Shown piece by piece: positions 1-7,635 of a stretch of DNA of 54,530 bases (position 1 is its first letter; every line of letters begins with the position of its first letter). The notes below the pieces were generated by a model, which worked only from the letters and a program-made list of their open reading frames with translations, ran no database searches and was not told where the DNA came from. The position numbers and the translations under genes were made by a program. The stretch is from Anaerolineales bacterium (lineage in GTDB: Bacteria > Chloroflexota > Anaerolineae > Anaerolineales > UBA11579). The stretch is from the NCBI GenBank assembly GCA_024710875.1, contig JANJTX010000143.1:1-54530 (forward strand), written 5' to 3'.

Positions 1-42
1 CTTCCGATCTCACCCGCCGTACGAGGATTCGCAATCGCTCAA

Positions 43-624
43 TCATGGTCGGTTGAAATAGGTCAGGGCCAGCCGCAGGCGTTCTTCCACATCTGGCGGG
101 GCATCTTTGGAAATCATCTGCAATGCGGCCTGGGCTTCCACCACGCTGAACCCCATGCCAGTCAGGGCTTCCAGCACCTGGGTATCCACATCATCCATGG
201 CCGCCATCGGAGCCAGTCCATCTTCGCCGCTGACCTTGTCCTGTAAATGCAACAAAATTTTCTGGGCGGTCTTTTTGCCAACCCCCGGCACCCGCCCCAG
301 TACCTCGGCCTGCTCGGCAAACACCGCCCGCCGGATGGCCGCCGGGTTCAGCGTGGAAAGTACCGCCAGCGCCATGCGCGGCCCCACCCCGTTGACCCCC
401 AGCAACAGGTCAAAAAACTCGCGCTCTTCGCGCGTCGCAAAACCATACAAAGAGAGTTCCGTTTCGCGCACAATCAGGCGGGTGTACAGGGCCAGGCGCT
501 CGCCGGGTGTGGTTTCGTCGCGCAGGCGCGCCGGCACATGCACCAGCAGCCCTACGCCGCCCACCTCCAGCACCAGGCCCTGGGGTTCCACCTCCAACAC
601 ACGCCCGTTTACGCTTGCAATCAT
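43..624 (-). CDS. ruvA: Holliday junction branch migration protein RuvA
   Basis: 193-aa ORF with a RuvA-like N-terminus (MIASVNGRVLEV...). It has two helix-hairpin-helix motifs (GVNGVGPRMA, VPGVGKKTA) and a short C-terminal domain. It sits in a yebC/ruvC neighbourhood. Confidence 0.9.
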   Translation of the reverse strand: MIASVNGRVLEVEPQGLVLEVGGVGLLVHVPARLRDETTPGERLALYTRLIVRETELSLYGFATREEREFFDLLLGVNGVGPRMALAVLSTLNPAAIRRAVFAEQAEVLGRVPGVGKKTAQKILLHLQDKVSGEDGLAPMAAMDDVDTQVLEALTGMGFSVVEAQAALQMISKDAPPDVEERLRLALTYFNRP

Positions 625-711
625 CTACAACAACTCCCGGGAAATAACAATCACAATCCCATTGTGGCAAAAACCGCCGCCAAAGGGTCGCCGGTCTGCC
701 TTACAGCCATC

Positions 712-1986
712 TTACAACAGAAAGGCCGCCCCCAGCCCTACCAGTAATGTAAGCAGCATGCCGGGCAAAATCACCCAGCGCAAGGCCCGGTTGCCCAGCA
801 CGATGACCATCAGCCCTTTCACCAGCGTATTACTCATCACCGCCAGCACAATCGCCTGCGAAGCCACTGCTTCGGTCAGGCTGCCATTGCGGCTCAACTC
901 CGCCATCGAAAGCGTGATGGCATTCACATCCACCAGCCCTGAAAGCACGCTGGATGTAAACACGCCCGAAGTGCCAAAGAGCATCTGGGCCGTGCGCGAA
1001 GCCAGCAACACCAGCGCATAAAAGCCGCCAAAGCGTACCGCCGTCGCCAAATCAAACGGGTTGGAAAACTCGACCTCGCTGCTGGTTTGCGCCCGCCGCT
1101 GCTGGAAATACAGGTAAGCGCTGTAGGCCATCGCTACTGCGCCGGCGGCCATAATCGGTCCCCACACCACCCGCAGCAGGTCGCGGTTTACCACCCACAC
1201 CTGCACCAGCACCCGCAGGAACATCACCGCCCACGCCAGCACAATCGCAAAACCCAGCGAGCGCGTAATCGCCTCGCCCTGCTCGCCTTTGCTGCGCTTG
1301 GCCAACGAGAGCGTAACCGCCGTGCTGGAGACCAGCCCCCCCAGAAAACCGGTCAGGCCAATGCCCTGCTCTGGCCGGGTAAATTTCAGCAGCACATACC
1401 CCAGGAACGAAATCCCGGAGATAAAGACCACCATCAGCCAGATATTGAACGGGTTCAACACATCCAGCGGCTCGGCCCAGAACGAGCGATTCGGCAGAAT
1501 CGGCAAGATGATGATGCTGATGACCGCCATCTGCAACGCCGCCGTAATGTCTGCCTGGGTCAGCGCCTGCACGAAGCGGTCGGTGGTCAGCTTGAGGTTG
1601 AGCACCACCGTCACGCCAATCCCCAGCGCCGCCGCCAGCGTGACGAAATCGTAATAGCACAGCACGCCAATCAGCAGCGCCACCAGAATCGCCACTTCAG
1701 TCGTCGTGCCCACCCGCTTGAGCATGAACGAGTTGGCCGCATGCCCGATGCCGGTAAAGACCGTCACCGCCGCGATCACCATCGCCAGCACCAGCGGCGA
1801 GCCGAGCAAATCGCCAATCATCGCCGCCAGCGCCCCCGCCAGGCTGATGAGCGCGAACGTGCGCTCGCCGGCCGTCAGCTGCCGGCTGTGTTCGCCCGAG
1901 GCGTACTCGCGTTGCAGGCCAATCAGAAAGCCAATCGCCAGCGCCGCCGCGAACCGCAAAAACAAATCTGTTTGAGCCGGGAGCAT
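712..1986 (-). CDS. MgtC/SapB-family membrane protein with DUF4010-like C-terminal half
   Basis: 424-aa polytopic membrane ORF. The N-terminus (FAAALAIGFLIGLQRE) is typical of MgtC-family proteins. Its ATG overlaps the ruvC stop codon by 1 nt (TGATG). Confidence 0.7.
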   Translation of the reverse strand: MLPAQTDLFLRFAAALAIGFLIGLQREYASGEHSRQLTAGERTFALISLAGALAAMIGDLLGSPLVLAMVIAAVTVFTGIGHAANSFMLKRVGTTTEVAILVALLIGVLCYYDFVTLAAALGIGVTVVLNLKLTTDRFVQALTQADITAALQMAVISIIILPILPNRSFWAEPLDVLNPFNIWLMVVFISGISFLGYVLLKFTRPEQGIGLTGFLGGLVSSTAVTLSLAKRSKGEQGEAITRSLGFAIVLAWAVMFLRVLVQVWVVNRDLLRVVWGPIMAAGAVAMAYSAYLYFQQRRAQTSSEVEFSNPFDLATAVRFGGFYALVLLASRTAQMLFGTSGVFTSSVLSGLVDVNAITLSMAELSRNGSLTEAVASQAIVLAVMSNTLVKGLMVIVLGNRALRWVILPGMLLTLLVGLGAAFLL

Positions 1987-2486
1987 CAGCTACCCCTTTC
2001 GATCAACTGACGGGTGCGGTCCATATGCAGGTGGCAAATCGCCACCCCCAGCGCATCCGCCGCATCGTCCGGTTTCGGGATTTCATTCAGCCCCAGCAGC
2101 ACCCGCACCATCTCCTGCATCTGGCGCTTGTCCGCCGAGCCATAGCCCGCCACCGCTTGTTTGACTTCATTCGGGGTATATTCGGCCACCGGCAGGCCGG
2201 CCTGCGCCAAGGCCAGCAGCGCCACCCCGCGCGCCTGCCCCACGCTCATGGCGGTTGTCGTATTTTTCTGAAAAAAGAGTTTTTCCACCGCGCTGGTCTG
2301 CGGCCGGAACTCGGCCAGCAGGCGCGTCAGTTCTTCGTAGAGCATCACCAGGCGGTCAGGCATCGCCAGCCCGGCCGGCGTGAGGATTACCCCCTGTGCC
2401 ACGGCCGTCAGGCTGCCATCCGCGGCCGCCTGCACCACCCCGTAGCCGGTCGTGGCTGTACCGGGGTCAATCCCAATTGCCAGCAT
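1986..2486 (-). CDS. ruvC: crossover junction endodeoxyribonuclease RuvC
   Basis: 166-aa ORF with the N-terminus MLAIGIDPGTATTGYGVV and a RuvC-like acidic catalytic pattern. It lies directly downstream of yebC. Confidence 0.9.
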   Translation of the reverse strand: MLAIGIDPGTATTGYGVVQAAADGSLTAVAQGVILTPAGLAMPDRLVMLYEELTRLLAEFRPQTSAVEKLFFQKNTTTAMSVGQARGVALLALAQAGLPVAEYTPNEVKQAVAGYGSADKRQMQEMVRVLLGLNEIPKPDDAADALGVAICHLHMDRTRQLIERGS

Positions 2487-2491
2487 AGCCG

Positions 2492-3247
2492 TCAGGCGGC
2501 TTCCATCTGGGCCAGGGCCGCATCCGAAATGCTCAAATTCGATTCCACCCGTTGCACATCATCCAGCTCTTCCAATGCTTCAATCAGGCGCATCACCTGC
2601 AGCGTTTCCTGCACGCTCAATTCCATCTCATTGGTCGGAATCATGCGCAGTTCGGCTTCATCGGCCTGAATGCCCGCTGCCCGCAGCCGGTCGCTGATTT
2701 TCTTGAACGCATCCGCCGGGCCAAAAATCTCCGCCCAGCCGTCGTCAAAGGTGATGTCCTCGGCCCCGCCCTCGGCCGCCATTTCAAACACTTCGTCCTC
2801 GCTGCGGCTGCCCATCTCAAACGAGAAATAAGCCTTCTGCGCAAACTGCCACGCCACCGAGCCGGTCTCGCCCAGGCTGCCGCCCGCCCGGTTGAGGGCA
2901 TGGCGCACATCGGCCACGGTGCGGTTACGGTTATCGGTTACGCATTGCAGCACCAGCGCCACCCCATGCGGGGCATAGCCCTCGTACACCAGGCGTTCAA
3001 ACGCCGCCGCGTCCTTATCTTCACCCGTGCCGCGCTTGATGGCGCGCTCAATGTTGTCCTTCGGCATATTGGCCGCCCGGGCCTTGTCAATCGCCAGGCG
3101 CAGGCTGAAGTTTGTATCCGGGTCGCCGCCGCCCTCACGCGCCGTGATGGCGATATTCTTCGCCAGCGTGGTAAATATCGCCCCGCGCTTGGCATCGTTG
3201 GCGCCTTTTTTGCGCTTGATGGTAGACCACTTACTATGACCGGACAT
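2492..3247 (-). CDS. yebC: YebC/PmpR family DNA-binding transcriptional regulator
   Basis: Contains the signature MSGHSKWSTIKRKKGANDAKRG. I moved the start from 3349 to the ATG at 3247, where the family-typical N-terminus begins. Confidence 0.9.
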   Translation of the reverse strand: MSGHSKWSTIKRKKGANDAKRGAIFTTLAKNIAITAREGGGDPDTNFSLRLAIDKARAANMPKDNIERAIKRGTGEDKDAAAFERLVYEGYAPHGVALVLQCVTDNRNRTVADVRHALNRAGGSLGETGSVAWQFAQKAYFSFEMGSRSEDEVFEMAAEGGAEDITFDDGWAEIFGPADAFKKISDRLRAAGIQADEAELRMIPTNEMELSVQETLQVMRLIEALEELDDVQRVESNLSISDAALAQMEAA

Positions 3248-3390
3248 AACCAATTCTCCTGAAATCTTGCCGCACACACAGGCGGGATTAAGCCTGCCCA
3301 TTATACCATTCCGCTTTTGTCTCTCTGAGCGCATGCCGCCCCCTTGCAACCATAATAAGTTATAGTATTTCCAATATATCTACAATTATT

Positions 3391-3470
3391 TTTCTCTGTG
3401 TCTCTGGGCAGAAACCTAACGGTTTCTGCATGACATGTGGCAGAGCCACATGTCCAGTCTCTGTGGTAAT
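3391..3470. repeat. Copy A of the 'TTTCTCTGTGTCTCTG-TGGT(T)A' intergenic motif, interrupted by a 57-nt twin-hairpin insert
   Basis: The motif halves are at 3391-3406 and 3458-3470. Between them are two perfect hairpins, at 3408-3429 (9-bp stem) and 3432-3454 (10-bp stem). The insert is flanked by the direct repeat TCTCTG (3401-3406 and 3458-3463). Confidence 0.8.
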
Positions 3471-3508
3471 AGCCGCAAATAATCAATCCCCAAAAAGGAG
3501 CCCCCCAC

Positions 3509-4198
3509 ATGCCCACCACCTACACCTACCTCGGCCACGGCACCCACCTCGTCCACACCGGCGGCCACAACATCCTCATCGACCCCTTCCTCGATAACAA
3601 TCCCAGCGCGCCGCTCAAAGCCGCCGAAGTCGCCGCCGACTTCATCCTCGTCAGCCACGGCCACAACGACCACATCGCCGATGCCGTCGCCATCGCCCAG
3701 CGCACCGGCGCGCCCTGCTACGGCAACGCCAAAGTCGCCGCCTGGCTCAAAGCCCAGGGCGCCCCCGAAACCAAAAACCTCTACTTCGGCGGCCGCCAGC
3801 AACTGCCCTTTGGCGAAGTCATGCTCACCCTCGCCTTTCACGGCTCCAGCCTGCCGGACGGCTCGGATGGCGGCAGCCCCGGCGGCCTGCTCATCACCGC
3901 CGCCGAAGACGGCAAGTGCCTGTACTTCGCCTGCGACACCGCCCTCTTTGGCGATATGGCCCTCTACGGCGAGGAAGGCCTCGACCTGGCCGTGCTGCCC
4001 ATTGGCGGCCATTTCACCATGGGGCCCAAAGATGCCCTGCGGGCTGTCAAACTCCTTAACCCCAAACACGTCGTCCCCTGCCACTACAACACCTTCCCCG
4101 TTGTCCAACAGGATGCCGAAGCCTGGGCCGCCGCTGTCACCGCCCAAACTTCCGCCACCCCCCACCTCCTCAAACCCGGCGAGAGCCTCACCCTCTGA
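3509..4198 (+). CDS. UPF0173-type metal-dependent hydrolase (beta-lactamase fold)
   Basis: 229-aa ORF with the motif SHGHNDHIAD (HxHxDH). It has an AAAGGAG RBS 8 nt upstream and is a paralog of the next gene. Confidence 0.8.
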   Translation: MPTTYTYLGHGTHLVHTGGHNILIDPFLDNNPSAPLKAAEVAADFILVSHGHNDHIADAVAIAQRTGAPCYGNAKVAAWLKAQGAPETKNLYFGGRQQLPFGEVMLTLAFHGSSLPDGSDGGSPGGLLITAAEDGKCLYFACDTALFGDMALYGEEGLDLAVLPIGGHFTMGPKDALRAVKLLNPKHVVPCHYNTFPVVQQDAEAWAAAVTAQTSATPHLLKPGESLTL

Positions 4199-4260
4199 AA
4201 TCACCACACACCCGTCTTTGAAGAGGGCAGGCCAAACAGTGGCTCTATTTGACAAAATTG

Positions 4261-4296
4261 CCTTTCTCTGTGTCTCTGTGACTCTGTGGTTAGAAT
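4261..4296. repeat. Copy B of the 'GCCTTTCTCTGTGTCTCTGTGGTTA' intergenic motif
   Basis: Sequence is cctttctctgtgtctctgtgACTCTGtggttagaat. Relative to copy C it carries an 8-nt internal duplication. It ends in TAGAAT, 38 nt before the ATG at 4334. Confidence 0.8.
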
Positions 4297-4333
4297 AGAA
4301 TTTCAGCAACTTCACCCCCAAAGGAGCCACCCC

Positions 4334-5020
4334 ATGACCACCACCTACACCTTCCTCGGTCACGCCGTCCACGCCATTGAAACCGGCGGCCACAAACTCC
4401 TGATTGACCCCTTCCTTGAAGGCAACCCCCAGGCCGCCGCCAAAGCCGATGAAATCGCCGCCGACTACATCCTCGTCAGCCACGGCCACGCCGACCACAT
4501 CGGCGACTCCATCGCCATCGCCCAGCGCACCGGCGCCCAGATTATCTGCAACGCCGAAATCTTCGAATGGCTCTACCGCCAGGGCATTGAAAACGTCCAC
4601 GAACAGCACATCGGCGGCGGCTACCAGCACCCCTTCGGCCACCTCAAATTCACCCACGCCCAGCACGGCTCCAGCCTGCCGGATGGCTCCTACGGCGGCA
4701 ACCCGGCCGGCTTCCTGCTCACCACCAATGACAATAAGCGCATCTACCTCGCCTGCGACACCGGCTTCTACAGCGATATGGCCCTCCACGGCGAAGACGG
4801 CCTCGATCTCGCCGTCCTCCCGATTGGCGACAACTACACCATGGGCCCCAAAGATGCCCTGCGGGCCGTCAAACTGCTCAGCCCCAAACACGTCGTCCCC
4901 TGCCATTACAACACCTTCCCCGTCATCCAACAGGACGCCGAAGCCTGGGCCGCCCAGGTCCGCGCCCAATCCACCGCCACCCCTCATGTCCTCAAACCCG
5001 GGGAGAGTCTGACGCTCTGA
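4334..5020 (+). CDS. UPF0173-type metal-dependent hydrolase (tandem paralog)
   Basis: 228-aa ORF with SHGHADHIGD, collinear with 3509-4198 over its full length. I set the start at ATG 4334, which has an AAGGAG RBS at 4321-4326, instead of the ORF-track start at 4286. Confidence 0.8.
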   Translation: MTTTYTFLGHAVHAIETGGHKLLIDPFLEGNPQAAAKADEIAADYILVSHGHADHIGDSIAIAQRTGAQIICNAEIFEWLYRQGIENVHEQHIGGGYQHPFGHLKFTHAQHGSSLPDGSYGGNPAGFLLTTNDNKRIYLACDTGFYSDMALHGEDGLDLAVLPIGDNYTMGPKDALRAVKLLSPKHVVPCHYNTFPVIQQDAEAWAAQVRAQSTATPHVLKPGESLTL

Positions 5021-5063
5021 AATCTAACGATTGGCTTTTTCGCAGCAAAATTCGCCAAGAACT

Positions 5064-5088
5064 GTAGGGGCGACCTGTGGTCGCCCTT
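5064..5088. repeat. GTAGGGGCGACC hairpin repeat (degenerate copy)
   Basis: Sequence gtaggggcgacc-tgt-ggtcgccctt. It belongs to the same family as the perfect palindromes at 14854-14881 and 35466-35493. Confidence 0.7.
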
Positions 5089-5103
5089 CCCCGACCCTCA
5101 TCT

Positions 5104-5156
5104 TGTCATTGCGAGCCAGCGCCTGCCCTGAACGCAGTCGAAGGGAAGCAATCTCC
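5104..5156. repeat. Half-copy of the TGTCATTGCGAG...GAAGCAATCTC repeat
   Basis: It shares tgtcattgcgagc and gaagcaatctc with the left arm of the nested palindrome at 46643-46726. Confidence 0.7.
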
Positions 5157-5175
5157 CTCCCCATCGAAGCGATTC

Positions 5176-5204
5176 CCCCTGTCTCCATGTTTCCCTGTCT
5201 ACCT
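5176..5204. repeat. CCCCTGTCTCCATGT / TTTCCCTGTCTACCT pyrimidine-rich motif
   Basis: cccctgtctccatgt recurs at 15794-15808, and tttccctgtctacct recurs at 21369-21383. Confidence 0.75.
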
Positions 5205-5216
5205 CTCTGCATATTT

Positions 5217-5245
5217 GCCTTTCTCTGTGTCTCTGTGGTTAAATT
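5217..5245. repeat. Copy C of the 'GCCTTTCTCTGTGTCTCTGTGGTTA' motif
   Basis: Sequence gcctttctctgtgtctctgtggttaaatt. This is the uninterrupted form of the motif seen at 3391 and 4261. Confidence 0.8.
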
Positions 5246-5257
5246 TCTTGAAATCTC

Positions 5258-5278
5258 CAATCCACAATCCGCAATCCC
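5258..5278. repeat. Heptamer tandem repeat (CAATCCN)x3
   Basis: Three contiguous units: caatcca caatccg caatccc. Confidence 0.8.
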
Positions 5279-5314
5279 TCCTTGCCGCGCTATAATACCC
5301 AGCAGGAGTACGCC

Positions 5315-5956
5315 ATGCTCGAAAACATATTCGGACGCAAAGAAGACGAAGAACGCATCAAACAGGAAGGCCGCCTGCCGCCGGGCCAGTCCCTCACCCA
5401 GCGCTTCCCCGTCCTGCACTACGGCCCCGTGCCGCCCTTCAACCCCGCCACCTGGAACCTCAAACTCTACGGCGAAGTCGAAGAACCCCTCACCTACAAC
5501 TGGGACGAATTCAATCAGCTCCCCCGCACCAGCATCACCATGGACCTCCACTGCGTCACCCGCTGGAGCAAATTCGATACCGGCTGGGAAGGCGTCTCCC
5601 TGCGCACGCTCGTAGACCAGAACCTCCTCAAACTCAAACCCAGCGCCAAATACCTCATCCAGCACGCCGAATACGGCTTCACCGTCAACGTCCCGCTCGA
5701 AGTCGCCCTCGCTGAAAACTTCCTGCTCGCCACCCATTTTGATGGCGAACCCATCAGCGCCGAACACGGCTACCCCCTGCGCGCCGTCGTCGGCCACATC
5801 GTTGGCCGCCAAGACCTGCCCACCCCCTACCTGTGGAAAGGCGCCAAATGGCTGCGCGGCCTTGAATTCAAAGCCACCGACCAGCTCGGCTTCTGGGAAC
5901 AAGCCGGCTATCACAACGAAGCCAACGTCTGGAAAGAACAACGCTTCGGCCGCTAA
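5315..5956 (+). CDS. Sulfite-oxidase-like molybdopterin-binding oxidoreductase domain protein
   Basis: 213 aa, with the motif DLHCVTRWSK (Mo-ligand Cys context) and the overall pattern of short SUOX-fold proteins. I chose the ATG at 5315 because it has an AGGAG RBS at 5304-5308. Confidence 0.65.
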   Translation: MLENIFGRKEDEERIKQEGRLPPGQSLTQRFPVLHYGPVPPFNPATWNLKLYGEVEEPLTYNWDEFNQLPRTSITMDLHCVTRWSKFDTGWEGVSLRTLVDQNLLKLKPSAKYLIQHAEYGFTVNVPLEVALAENFLLATHFDGEPISAEHGYPLRAVVGHIVGRQDLPTPYLWKGAKWLRGLEFKATDQLGFWEQAGYHNEANVWKEQRFGR

Positions 5957-5974
5957 CTGCATCACGGAGGAAGG

Positions 5975-6343
5975 ATGGCCGTACGCATCCTCATCATCGA
6001 AGACAATCAGGACAACCTGCAACTCGTGCAGTTTCTCCTGGAACGCCTCGGCTATGAAGTCCTCGGCGCCTACGATGGCGTCAGCGGCATGGAACTCGCC
6101 CGCCAGGAACAGCCCGACCTGATATTGCTGGATATGGGCATCCCCGAAATGGACGGCTGGGAACTGGCCGGCAAAATGAAAACCGACTACGAACTGCGCG
6201 ACATCCCCCTCGTGGCCCTCACCGCCCACACCCTCCCCGGCGACAAACGCCGCGCCCTCCAGAGCGGCTGCGATGGCTACATCACCAAACCCATCAACGT
6301 GGCTGGCTTTGGCGAAGAAATCGCTCGCTTCCTGAAAAAATAG
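5975..6343 (+). CDS. Single-domain response regulator (CheY-like receiver)
   Basis: 122 aa with the receiver hallmarks ILIIEDN, the phospho-acceptor context LILLDMGIPEMDG, and the conserved Lys in YITKP. Confidence 0.85.
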   Translation: MAVRILIIEDNQDNLQLVQFLLERLGYEVLGAYDGVSGMELARQEQPDLILLDMGIPEMDGWELAGKMKTDYELRDIPLVALTAHTLPGDKRRALQSGCDGYITKPINVAGFGEEIARFLKK

Positions 6344-6360
6344 CACCGGGAAATTCAGGT

Positions 6361-6384
6361 CAGACAGCCGGCTTCAACCCGCTG
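6361..6384. repeat. REP-like hairpin CAGAC-GCCGGCTTCAACCCGCTG
   Basis: Related copies are at 37116-37139, and in a diverged, inverted form at about 44950-44972. Confidence 0.6.
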
Positions 6385-6388
6385 TGAT

Positions 6389-7585
6389 TTATGGCGCGTA
6401 CACCCTTGTCTCGGGCCGGAAGGCGGCCCACGAAAACCAGAAATGATTAATGGACACCACCGGGGTTAACTGCTGCCCCGCCAGCGGCCCGGCCACCGCC
6501 AGCCCCAGCGTATTCCAGGTCGAGCCGGTATTCACATCCCGAATCTCCCCATCCACAAATTCAAATTGCAGGGTTTGCCCATCCAGCACCGCAGAGTACG
6601 CCGTCAGGCTGCCCACCTTGCGCCCCGCCGCCACCTCCGGCGCGTCCAATGCCGAGCGCGTATCCGGCTCGGAGAAAATCGCCAGAGCCTCGCCGCCCAC
6701 CACATCATTCACCACCCCCACCTCGGCCAGCACATCGTACGGGTAAGCGACTGCCTCGCCATTCAAGTCCACCGTCAGCACGCGCGCCATCGGCAGCAAC
6801 TGGCCCGGAATGGCCGGCCCGCGATACAAAAACGGGCTGCTGTTAACATCATCATAGCCAGCATAGGGGTTGCGCCCGTAATTGCGCCGGAACCCCGTCT
6901 CGCGCGAGAGCACCAGCCCCTCCGGATGAGACTCTTTGAACTCCTGCCACGAAACGATTGCCGCCGGGTAACCAGCCAGTTTTTCGCCGGTGTGCAGGCC
7001 CACAATCGCCTCGCCGTTGGCCTGCTGCCACCAGGTTTCAGTCAGGCGGTCATACATAATCAGGTTGCTGTAACGCAGCCGCCCGGTCGTGCCAAAAGTC
7101 GTCTCCTCGCCCCCCACCACTCGTTCAAATACGATGGCGGTATTGCACAATGGGCAGAACGTCACCACCAGCGGGATGCCGCCCACTGTATCATTCACAA
7201 TTTCATGCCACATCAAAATCTGAATTGGGTAGGCGCGGGCATCCCCATTGGCCTGCACCACAATCACCGGCTCTTGCGGCCGCAGCCAAACATCCACCGC
7301 CCGCACCGGGATAAACTCCGGCGTGTCAATCGGCGGGATGCCATCCTTTGGTGGCCCGCCGGAAAGGATTTCGCCAAACGGCACACTGGAAATGGAAAAA
7401 TCCGTACTGAACTCGGCGCTTGCCCCCGCCGGTGGGCGCTCCCCTGCTGGCAGGGCGGTCGCCGTTGGCGGCGCGGCCGTAACCGTTGCGTCATCCGGCG
7501 CATCAATTGCCTCGGGCGCTACTGCCACCGGCGCGCATGCCGCCAGCAAGGCCAGGCCCATTACCGAGATCAGAAGATTTTTCAT
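6389..7585 (-). CDS. DUF3179 domain-containing lipoprotein
   Basis: 398 aa with a lipoprotein signal (LLAACAP). The conserved core (FCPLCNTAIVFER..., TFGTTGRLRYSNLIMYDRLTETWWQQ) is typical of DUF3179. Confidence 0.7.
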   Translation of the reverse strand: MKNLLISVMGLALLAACAPVAVAPEAIDAPDDATVTAAPPTATALPAGERPPAGASAEFSTDFSISSVPFGEILSGGPPKDGIPPIDTPEFIPVRAVDVWLRPQEPVIVVQANGDARAYPIQILMWHEIVNDTVGGIPLVVTFCPLCNTAIVFERVVGGEETTFGTTGRLRYSNLIMYDRLTETWWQQANGEAIVGLHTGEKLAGYPAAIVSWQEFKESHPEGLVLSRETGFRRNYGRNPYAGYDDVNSSPFLYRGPAIPGQLLPMARVLTVDLNGEAVAYPYDVLAEVGVVNDVVGGEALAIFSEPDTRSALDAPEVAAGRKVGSLTAYSAVLDGQTLQFEFVDGEIRDVNTGSTWNTLGLAVAGPLAGQQLTPVVSINHFWFSWAAFRPETRVYAP

Positions 7586-7623
7586 ATCGGTTGGACACGC
7601 CAGAACAGAAAATTCTTACGCGC

Positions 7624-7629
7624 TATAAT
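7624..7629 (+). promoter_or_regulatory. Consensus -10 box (TATAAT) 6 nt upstream of the esterase GTG start
   Basis: A perfect TATAAT in a GC-rich background. There is no SD sequence between it and GTG 7636, which would fit a leaderless transcript. Confidence 0.4.
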
Positions 7630-7635
7630 CGCGGC

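Noticed and set aside
3416-4987. A 523-aa minus-strand ORF spanning both UPF0173 genes and their spacer.
   Set aside because: It is extremely G/A/V/D/E-rich (GGLGADLGGPGFGVLLDDGEGVV...) with no recognisable motif. It lies exactly antisense to two plus-strand genes that have clear HxHxDH motifs and SD sequences. This is a typical shadow ORF of high-GC coding DNA.
5024-6346. A 440-aa minus-strand ORF.
   Set aside because: It is antisense to the Mo-oxidoreductase and response-regulator genes and also runs through the repeat-filled spacer. Its composition is the G/A/V/E-rich shadow type.
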